Of a DNA stretch of 26,892 nucleotides, positions 1 to 7,395 are shown in pieces. The stretch is taken from IMG/VR virus record IMGVR_UViG_2534682096_000007; one strand, given 5' to 3'. How positions within the stretch are numbered: position 1 is the stretch's first letter; each line of letters opens with the position of its first letter. The DNA comes from a virus. Lineage: Duplodnaviria > Heunggongvirae > Uroviricota > Caudoviricetes. Position numbers and translations under genes: made by a program. Below the pieces are notes generated by a model. That model was given only the letters and a program-made list of their open reading frames with translations, was not told where the DNA came from and searched no databases.

Positions 1-473
1 ATGTGTTCGCCGGCGTCATTGTGGGCTGGCGGGTCTCATCGTCGATGAAAACGACGTTCGTGCTGGATGCACTGGAGCAGGCGCTGTGGGCCCGTCGCCC
101 GTCGGGCACCATCCATCACTCAGATAAGGGGTCACAATATGTGTCGCTGGCATACACTCAGCGGCTTAAGGATGCAGAGTTGCTGGCGTCAACCGGCAGC
201 ACAGGCGACTCATATGACAACGCGATGGCGGAGAGCATCAACGGACTTTATAAAGCGGAGGTGATACATCGTAAGAGCTGGAAAAACCGCGCCGAAGTGG
301 AACTGGCCACACTGACGTGGGTGGACTGGTACAATAACCGACGGTTGCTGGAACGACTGGGTCATATCCCGCCGGCAGAAGCGGAAAAGGCATATTACGC
401 TTCCATCGGAAATGGTGGTCTGGCAGCCTGAGTTCACAGATAAAACACTCTCCCGGAAAACCGGGGCGGTTCA
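1..473 (+). mobile_element. IS629-like (IS3 family) insertion sequence, 3' portion only; 5' part lies outside the window
   Basis: Holds the C-terminal 142 codons of an IS3-family OrfB transposase (3-431). Immediately after the stop comes an inverted-repeat-like terminus GAGTTCACAGATAAAACACTCTCCCGGAAAACCGGGGCGGTTCA ending in CA at 473, as expected for IS3-family ends (TG...CA). Family assignment (IS629/IS1203) is from memory of the OrfB sequence. Confidence 0.8.
3..431 (+). CDS. IS3-family transposase OrfB, C-terminal fragment (DDE integrase core), truncated by window start
   Basis: Translation HHSDKGSQYVSLAYTQRLKDAELLASTGSTGDSYDNAMAESINGLYKAEVIHRKSWKN...WVDWYNNRRLLERLGHIPPAEAEKAYY is a typical IS3-family integrase-core C-terminus. 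The ORF is open to the window edge, with stop TGA at 429-431. Confidence 0.85.
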   Translation: MFAGVIVGWRVSSSMKTTFVLDALEQALWARRPSGTIHHSDKGSQYVSLAYTQRLKDAELLASTGSTGDSYDNAMAESINGLYKAEVIHRKSWKNRAEVELATLTWVDWYNNRRLLERLGHIPPAEAEKAYYASIGNGGLAA

Positions 474-595
474 AACTTTCCTACTATATTAGGAATAGTC
501 AATAACAGAAAAATTGTCAGTGATGAAGCCAGAAAGGCAATTTAGTCCGTGCACTACAAAGTTTATGTGTTAATGAATTAGTCAAGGGGGAGGAA

Positions 596-1555
596 ATGAT
601 AAAAAAACCTGTGATTGGGATCAGCGGTTGTTTGGGCGGTTCTGCTGTTCGTTTTGATGGTGGTCACAAAAGAGATGACTTTTTAATGGACAAATTAGTG
701 GAATGGGTAACATTCAGACCAGTATGTCCGGAAATGGCTATAGGGCTGCCAGTTCCGCGTCCTGCTCTACGACTTGTGCGCTCGAAGCAAGGAAATATAC
801 GGATGTGTTTCAGCCACGACCAGAATGAGGATGTGACAGAGAGAATGACAGAGTTTAGTCGTTCTTATATGGACAAATTAAAGGATGTATCGGGGTTTGT
901 GGTTTGTGCTAAATCTCCCAGCTGTGGCATGGAGCGCGTGCGTGTCTATGATGAAAATGGTAATCGAGGTCGTAAAGATGGAGTGGGACTATTTACGAGC
1001 ACTTTGATGGAAAAGTTTTCCTGGCTACCGGTTGAAGAGGATGGGCGATTACATGATCCAGTGCTTCGTGAGAATTTTATTGAAAGAGTTTTTGCTTTGC
1101 ATGAGCTCAATCACCTTTACAAGGAGAAATTATCAAGAAGAGAGTTATTAGCTTTTCATAGTCGTTATAAGCTTCAGTTGTTGGCGCATAGCCAGGCAGG
1201 CTATAAAGATATGGGACCATTTGTGGCTGCAATACACGAGTGGGCGGACCTTGAATCATACTTTGAGGTGTATCGTGATAATCTGATGGCGATTCTCAGA
1301 AAACCAGCATCACGTAAAAATCACACGAATGTGCTGATGCATATACAGGGGTATTTTAGTAATTACTTAAGTACACGCCAGCGTAAAGAGTTGAGCGAGG
1401 TTATACTTAACTATCGCTTTGGCACATTGCCTCTTCTTGCGCCGTTGACTCTGCTGAAGCATTATCTGGGTGAGTATCCTAATGATTACTTGCTTACACA
1501 GAATTACTTCGATCCCTATCCGGAAGAACTGGCTCTAAGACTGATGGTGAATTAA
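596..1555 (+). CDS. RudS-like protein: DUF523 (TudS-type Fe-S desulfidase) fused to DUF1722 (YbgA-like); putative tRNA 4-thiouridine desulfidase
   Basis: 319 aa; strong RBS GGGGGAGGAA ends 3 nt before ATG 596. N-terminal half carries the Cys pattern of DUF523/TudS (GISGCLGG..., FRPVCPEM, VVCAKSPSCG). C-terminal half carries YbgA/DUF1722-like motifs (HSRYKLQLLAHSQ, NHTNVLMHIQGYF, LPLLAPLTLLKHYLGEYPNDYL). AT-rich compared with the structural genes. Domain calls are from memory of the families. Confidence 0.6.
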   Translation: MIKKPVIGISGCLGGSAVRFDGGHKRDDFLMDKLVEWVTFRPVCPEMAIGLPVPRPALRLVRSKQGNIRMCFSHDQNEDVTERMTEFSRSYMDKLKDVSGFVVCAKSPSCGMERVRVYDENGNRGRKDGVGLFTSTLMEKFSWLPVEEDGRLHDPVLRENFIERVFALHELNHLYKEKLSRRELLAFHSRYKLQLLAHSQAGYKDMGPFVAAIHEWADLESYFEVYRDNLMAILRKPASRKNHTNVLMHIQGYFSNYLSTRQRKELSEVILNYRFGTLPLLAPLTLLKHYLGEYPNDYLLTQNYFDPYPEELALRLMVN

Positions 1556-1961
1556 CTGTATGCGATATCATCTGAAAGTGATGAGTTCCTGTATGCAGGA
1601 TATTTACAATCGTAAAAACTACGCTATGATGCTCATAGTGTCAGTTTTTATAAAAATCCTGTTCACGCTAAAGAAAACATTGAGATGCAATTTAATGTTG
1701 GTAAATATACCAGCCCCAAAAGATTTTATTCAATCTGTTTTTATATGAAGATATTTCAAGTGAATATAAAGAGCATATAATATTATTATTGCACGCAGCT
1801 ATTATAATATAACAGATTAGTTTAATGATTTGTTTTTTGTGAGTTAAATACATGGTTTTATAGTTGTGATGCAATGAGATTTTCCTTATTGTTGAACTGG
1901 CGAATGTTGATTTTCCACCTATACTTACCTGGTGTAACCCCAATGATATCAGGTGGATAAT

Positions 1962-2675
1962 ATGTCATACATATGTTCTATCATTTTGGTGTTGAACTCG
2001 TTTGGTGTCCGAATTGGTAAAGAAGATATTTTGTTTAAAAAAGGAAATGCTGTCCTCATTGAATACAATTTAAAAGATCTTTTTTCGTCAAATACAGATC
2101 ATCTAATGATCGTAGATGTTGAGGAGAAAACAGTTAATGATTTCTTTAAAAACTACACACTCTCACCTTTTTCTGTAAGAAGGTTTTATCCGTCATACTT
2201 GATAGTAGAATGTGAAGATTTTTCATTGTTAAAGAACTTGGTTGCATGCTTGAATTGTGATAGCAAAACCGTGGATGTAGTTAGAAATCAAATATCACTT
2301 GCATGTCTTGCTGTCTTATCTTCAGAGAAAATAGTGCAAAGTTTTTTGTTCGGAAGTCTTAATAGCTTAGGTTGTAAAGTTAAGGCTATTATTCACTCGG
2401 ATATCTCAGCGTCATGGAGACTTTGTGATATATCTTCAAGATTATATATGAGCGAGAGTTTGTTAAAAAGAAAATTAAAAGACGAAGGATTATCGTTTAG
2501 TAAATTAATTCTTGAAGAACGAATGATGATGGCGCAAAGATTATTAATCTACAGTAACCATACTGTCGGCAAGGTGGCGGGAATATGCGGGTATGACAAT
2601 GCATCATATTTTGTAAGTGTTTTTAGAGGATATTTTTGTGTGCCTCCGCACCAATATTTATCAAGATTTTCTTAG
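1962..2675 (+). CDS. AraC/XylS-family transcriptional regulator (Rns/PerA/ToxT-like, prophage-borne)
   Basis: C-terminal about 100 aa is a classic AraC-type double HTH (SWRLCDISSRLYMSESLLKRKLKDEGLSFSKLILEERMMMAQRLL...GKVAGICGYDNASYFVSVFRGYFCVPPHQY). N-terminal about 130 aa is an uncharacterised sensor/dimerisation domain. Very AT-rich gene. Start set at ATG 1962 (RBS AGGTGGA 1951-1957) rather than the GTG at 1953 used by the ORF track. Confidence 0.8.
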   Translation: MSYICSIILVLNSFGVRIGKEDILFKKGNAVLIEYNLKDLFSSNTDHLMIVDVEEKTVNDFFKNYTLSPFSVRRFYPSYLIVECEDFSLLKNLVACLNCDSKTVDVVRNQISLACLAVLSSEKIVQSFLFGSLNSLGCKVKAIIHSDISASWRLCDISSRLYMSESLLKRKLKDEGLSFSKLILEERMMMAQRLLIYSNHTVGKVAGICGYDNASYFVSVFRGYFCVPPHQYLSRFS

Positions 2676-2743
2676 AAGATATGATGTGATGGCATTTTAT
2701 AAAGTTATTTTTTGAAGTGTAAGATTATACGATATTTTTAGCT

Positions 2744-2777
2744 ACGCCAGAATAATTGCTGGCGTTTTTCTTTTTGA
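2744..2777 (+). terminator. rho-independent terminator after the AraC-family gene
   Basis: Perfect 7-bp stem ACGCCAG (2744-2750) / CTGGCGT (2759-2765), 8-nt loop, followed by TTTTTCTTTTT. Confidence 0.65.
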
Positions 2778-2865
2778 ATAGATGTTCGGGCCTTACGCTA
2801 ATGTAACTTCTTTCCTTCTTCGAACCAAACCGTGTACACCATCCGTTATCTGCGGAGGTGAGGCT

Positions 2866-3081
2866 ATGAAATCCATGGATAAGTTAACAACGGGCATCGC
2901 CTACAGCACCTCTGCAGGCAGTGCTGGCTACTGGTTTTTACAGTTGCTCGATAAAGTCACGCCCTCACAGTGGGCGGCAATAGGTGTATTGGGTAGTCTG
3001 GTATTTGGCATGCTGACGTATCTGACAAATCTTTATTTCAAGATTAAAGAAGACAGGCGTAAGGCTGCGAGAGGAGAGTAA
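2866..3081 (+). CDS. class II holin / pinholin of the phage 21 S21 (EssQ/EssD) type, with dual-start motif
   Basis: 71 aa; RBS GGAGGTGAGG 2854-2863. Starts MKSMDK, i.e. Met1-Lys-x-Met4 dual start as in antiholin/holin pairs. Two hydrophobic segments ([19 protein letters not shown]; [21 protein letters not shown]) and charged C-terminus [13 protein letters not shown]. The ORF-track extension back to 2782 is rejected. Confidence 0.9.
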   Translation: MKSMDKLTTGIAYSTSAGSAGYWFLQLLDKVTPSQWAAIGVLGSLVFGMLTYLTNLYFKIKEDRRKAARGE

Positions 3082-3085
3082 TCCA

Positions 3086-3393
3086 ATGACTCAAGACTAT
3101 GAACTGGTTGTGAAAGGAGTCCGTAATTTTGAGAATAAAGTTACGGTAACTGTAGCCTTACAGGACAAAGAACGCTTTGACGGTGAAATTTTTGGCCTGG
3201 ATGTCGCCATGGACCGTGTTGAAGGAGCTGCGCTGGAGTTTTATGAGGCAGCAGCCAGAATGAGCGTCCGGCAAGTCTTCCTGGAAGTAGCAGAAAAATT
3301 GTCAGAAAAAGTTGAGTCTTATCTGCAGCATCAGTACTCCTTTAAGATTGAAAATCCTGCCAATAAGCACGAGCGTCCTCATCATAAATATCT

Positions 3394-3397
<4 letters not shown>
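3086..3397 (+). CDS. ydfR: DUF1327 family protein (YdfR-like) within the lysis cassette
   Basis: 103 aa, placed between holin and endolysin exactly as ydfR sits between essQ and rrrQ in the K-12 Qin prophage. Its stop overlaps the endolysin start (ATGA at 3394-3397). Function unknown. Family call is by size and synteny from memory. Confidence 0.6.
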
Positions 3398-4421
<1,024 letters not shown>

Positions 4422-4785
4422 ATTAATATTAAATCGGATTATTTTTAGCGCTGAATGTGAAATTTAAATAAAAAGGACTCTTCCATGAGTCAAAATCCTT
4501 GAAATCTTAAGGGTAAGATAAAAGGTCATTAGACAGAATGACACGTTTTATTAATAAATAAAGCTATTGTTTCATTCGTGTGTTTTTCTTTACAAAAGTA
4601 ATCCTTGCTATGGTTGGTTAATCATGCGTTAATGGTGTTCTGGTTTGTTACAAAATTATCTGAAGCAGTCATTGTTATAATTTTATTATTTGTACCTCTT
4701 GAGATTTCCTTGTTGGTTTTTCTCTCTGATATTTTTTTTTCGGACCATTCTGCCCAAGGGCTAACTTCTTCAAAAGGTAATAATG
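4422..4785 (+). promoter_or_regulatory. long AT-rich leader and promoter region of the csp gene (cspA-family style 5' UTR)
   Basis: About 360 nt of AT-rich non-coding DNA directly upstream of a CspA-family gene; cspA-family genes are known to have long structured 5' UTRs. Promoter and cold-box elements are not mapped, so exact boundaries are unknown. Confidence 0.35.
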
Positions 4786-4998
4786 ATGTCTAACAAAATG
4801 ACTGGTTTAGTGAAATGGTTTAACCCTGAAAAAGGTTTTGGTTTCATCACGCCGAAAGATGGTAGCAAAGATGTGTTTGTGCATTTCTCAGCTATTCAGA
4901 GCAACGATTTCAAAACGTTAACTGAGAATCAGGAAGTCGAATTTGGTATTGAGAACGGACCTAAAGGCCCTGCAGCTGTTCATGTAGTGGCACTTTGA
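4786..4998 (+). CDS. CspA-family cold-shock protein (CspB/CspI-like, prophage-borne)
   Basis: 70 aa [42 protein letters not shown]... with RNP1-like KGFGFI and RNP2-like VFVHF motifs. AAGG 4774-4777 upstream. An extra in-frame ATG lies at 4783. Confidence 0.92.
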   Translation: MSNKMTGLVKWFNPEKGFGFITPKDGSKDVFVHFSAIQSNDFKTLTENQEVEFGIENGPKGPAAVHVVAL

Positions 4999-5202
4999 GG
5001 TAGAAAATATTACAAACCATATTCACTTTAGATGCCCGTGTTGCCATGGTTCTCAGTATAGAACATCATCTTTTGATGTTTCTGACAGAAATCCTTTCGG
5101 GGCAAAATGTATCTTTTGTAAATCAATGATGATTACATTTGATAATATTTCACAATACTTAAATGTTAGCCATCTGTCGTTAGATTTAAGAAAGTGAAAA
5201 TG

Positions 5203-5226
5203 AAGGCTCCTTCGGGAGCTTTTTTG
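5203..5226 (+). terminator. rho-independent terminator
   Basis: Stem GGCTCC (5205-5210) / GGAGC (5215-5219) with loop TTCG, followed by TTTTTT (5220-5225). Lies about 200 nt downstream of the csp stop. Confidence 0.55.
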
Positions 5227-5269
5227 CTTAGTGTCTAGTCGATGGATACTCACATATTACGGTAACATT

Positions 5270-5500
5270 ATGAAAAAAATAATAGTTTTTTTTAACTCTG
5301 AACCAGCAATGGTAGTGCCAGTGATGACCGGAGTTAACACCATCATGCGTGAATATCCAAATGGCGAAACAACACACCTCACTGTAATGGCTGCAGGGTT
5401 TCCATCTCTGACCGGAGATCATAAAGTCATTTATGTAGCAGCGGATCGACATGTAACTTCAGAAGAAATTCTGGAAGCAGCAATGAGACTCTTGAATTGA
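5270..5500 (+). CDS. small hypothetical protein, YmcE/YnfN-like by position (between csp and gns genes)
   Basis: 76 aa from ATG 5270 (MKKIIVFFNSEPAMVVPVMTGVNT...). Occupies the slot between a cold-shock gene and a gns gene, as in cspG-ymcE-gnsA and cspI-ynfN-gnsB of K-12. Weak RBS; family assignment by synteny only. Confidence 0.45.
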   Translation: MKKIIVFFNSEPAMVVPVMTGVNTIMREYPNGETTHLTVMAAGFPSLTGDHKVIYVAADRHVTSEEILEAAMRLLN

Positions 5501-5672
5501 TTTGATTCTAATGCATTGATAATAAATGATAATCATCTTTATCTGTTTGTGTGAAATTTAGACCGTCATATGTTGATTATTGCGATGTTTCATCTTATCT
5601 TTTATACGTTTGCTCCATATAATTGACACTACTGTGTACCAGGACAGTCATAACAGACTAAAAGAGGAAATG

Positions 5673-5846
5673 ATGAACATTGAAGAGTTAAAAACAAAAA
5701 CAGAAGCAGATATTTCTGAATATATAACAAAAAAAATCATTGAGCTTAAGAAAAAGACCGGGAAAGAAGTTACCTGTATCCAGTTTACTGCACGGGAAAA
5801 AATGACTGGTCTTGAAAGCTATGATATCAAGATTGATTTAATCTAG
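5673..5846 (+). CDS. gnsB: GnsA/GnsB-family protein
   Basis: 57 aa MNIEELKTKTEADISEYITKKIIELKKKTGKEVTCIQFTAREKMTGLESYDIKIDLI, matching the Gns family in length and sequence as recalled. RBS AAGAGGAAA 5661-5669. The ORF-track start at 5580 is rejected. Whether it is the A or B paralogue is uncertain. Confidence 0.8.
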   Translation: MNIEELKTKTEADISEYITKKIIELKKKTGKEVTCIQFTAREKMTGLESYDIKIDLI

Positions 5847-5908
5847 CATGTTTATAGTATTAGCATCAATTTCTCATCAGATGCTATTCAACAATACAAA
5901 TTACCCAT

Positions 5909-5934
5909 AAACCTCGTTTTTACGGGGTTTTGTT
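5909..5934 (+). terminator. possible rho-independent terminator after gns
   Basis: Stem ACCTCG (5911-5916) / CGGGGT (5923-5928, one G-U pair), loop TTTTTA, then TTTGTT. Weak U-tract. Confidence 0.35.
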
Positions 5935-6141
5935 ATATTTAAACATTACCGAATAGATATAAATCTCGATTGTCGATGGTATTGGTTGTGTGACAATACC
6001 TAGTCTTTCCGGTATGCCTGAAGAGAATACAAACGACAGATTATGTAAGGGAAACGCGCTGAAACTTTCACTCTTTCATGCTGAGTGATTTGACGTTATA
6101 TTTTTAGCCGCAAGTGAAGAGCAAACGAATGGAGCGACAAA

Positions 6142-6348
6142 ATGCATAAAGATCAATACACTGATGCCCCCTCCCAGGAGCAGGTTCGTGTAAAAACTAT
6201 GCTTAATAGCACCATTTCGATGGGTTACCCGGATGTTGTAATTGCATGTATAGAACATCAAGTATCTCTGGAAGCATTCAGGGCAATTGAGGCCGCGTTA
6301 GTAAAGCACGATAAGAATACGAAGGATTATTCCCTGGTGGTTGACTGA
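6142..6348 (+). CDS. hypothetical 68-aa protein
   Basis: GGAG at 6130-6133 sits 8 nt upstream of ATG 6142. Single ORF in an otherwise non-coding stretch between gns and the terminase genes. No family recognised. Confidence 0.4.
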   Translation: MHKDQYTDAPSQEQVRVKTMLNSTISMGYPDVVIACIEHQVSLEAFRAIEAALVKHDKNTKDYSLVVD

Positions 6349-6710
6349 TCACCATAACTGCTAACCATTCTGACCATTTCACAAGTGACAGAGTCAATAT
6401 CGTATTCTGTCACTGTAAGGCTAATACAGTACTGCAATTCAACTACAGCAATGCCTCGTATTTAGGTGAATTTACAATATCGTCCAGTTCGGATGCCGGC
6501 TGCATTTCTGAAGATAAGGCATTTCGGTTCGCGTATTTTCCCCTCATGCTCGTCAGTCCTGCGCGTAGTAAGAAACAGGACACTCACACTAATTTGTGTG
6601 GGCATGCTGTGATGTCCTTCTGAATTATCCCCATGCCATTATGTAACGCTCTGTTTCAGATGCTCGTCACGGTTGTCAGGCTGTCGGGTCCTCCCAGTGG
6701 GGGTCCCTGC

Positions 6711-6797
6711 CACGGGGCGGGAGCGTCGCGGAAAAAGGCTAGTTTTTGAAATTTTATTCGTCATCACCACTACTGTAATTGATTGATATTACAGTGG
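6711..6797 (+). other. putative cos site (cosN-like cleavage region plus downstream terminase-binding region) with a flanking inverted repeat
   Basis: CACGGGGCGGGAGCGTCGCGG (about 6711-6731) resembles the lambda cohesive-end region (ACGGGGCGGCGACCTCGCGGG as I recall it). Downstream TTCGTCATCAC resembles lambda TTCGTCATAAC. An 8-bp inverted repeat ACTGTAAT-N8-ATTACAGT lies at about 6766-6796. Located about 100-190 nt upstream of terS, the normal position of cos for a GpA-type terminase. Confidence 0.45.
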
Positions 6798-6900
6798 TTT
6801 TATTTTTATGGTGTCGATTCTGATTGTTTTTTGTTCATCACTAACACCGTTTGCCTAAAGTTGTTCGCAAGATGCATGTTTAAAACATTCTGGAGCGGGT

Positions 6901-7395
6901 ATGGATCGAGAGTTAAAAAATCTGACGCTGAATATCAGTCAACTGGCGGCATTGTCAGGTGTACATCGCCAGACTGCTGCGGCAAGGCTGCAAAATCTAC
7001 CCGTTGCAGGGGGGCATGAAAGCAACCTCAAGCTTTATCGGGTGGTTGATATTGTGTCGGCATTTCTGGCATTACCACCGCCGGTTGCAGAAGGCGAAAT
7101 GGACGCGCATGAGCGCAAAGCCTGGTATCAGTCTGAACGTGAGCGTCTTAAGTTCGAACAGGAAACGGCACAACTCATTCCGGCCAGTGATGTCAGACGG
7201 GAGTTTGCCATCTGGGCAAAAGCGGTCGTGCAGGTGCTGGAGACATTACCGGATATTCTTGAACGTGACTGCGGTCTGCAGCCTGCCGCTGTGAGCCGTG
7301 TTCAGTCCATTATTGATGATCTGCGCGATCAGATAGCCCTGCGGGTGACTGAAGCAGGTGCGGATGATGAGGAGGAATTACAGCAGGAGGAGTAA
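6901..7395 (+). CDS. terminase small subunit (DNA-packaging protein, HTH-containing)
   Basis: 164 aa. Lies immediately upstream of the large terminase, with its stop overlapping the TerL start (TAATG at 7393-7397). N-terminal HTH-like segment NISQLAALSGVHRQTAAARL and acidic C-terminus. GGAG 6892-6895 upstream. Confidence 0.7.
   Translation: MDRELKNLTLNISQLAALSGVHRQTAAARLQNLPVAGGHESNLKLYRVVDIVSAFLALPPPVAEGEMDAHERKAWYQSERERLKFEQETAQLIPASDVRREFAIWAKAVVQVLETLPDILERDCGLQPAAVSRVQSIIDDLRDQIALRVTEAGADDEEELQQEE

Noticed and set aside
1560-1943. Two overlapping ORFs (62 aa on + strand, 83 aa on - strand) in the spacer between the RudS-like and AraC genes
   Set aside because: Extremely AT-rich, low-complexity translations, no RBS. 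More likely promoter/regulatory DNA for the AraC-family gene.
2782-2865. N-terminal extension of the holin ORF
   Set aside because: S21-type holins are about 71 aa and begin MKSM; a strong RBS precedes ATG 2866. The extension has no holin-like features.
431-2865. tRNA genes, which are often present between Q and S in lambdoid prophages
   Set aside because: Scanned the non-coding stretches for T-arm-like GGTTCGAATCC-type motifs and cloverleaf-sized conserved blocks; none seen. A tRNA scan would be needed to be definitive.
4605-4793. 62-aa hydrophobic ORF inside the csp leader
   Set aside because: Lies in the AT-rich 5' UTR of the csp gene with no RBS. Hydrophobic translation is expected from T-rich sequence. 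Cannot be excluded as a small membrane peptide but there is no supporting evidence.
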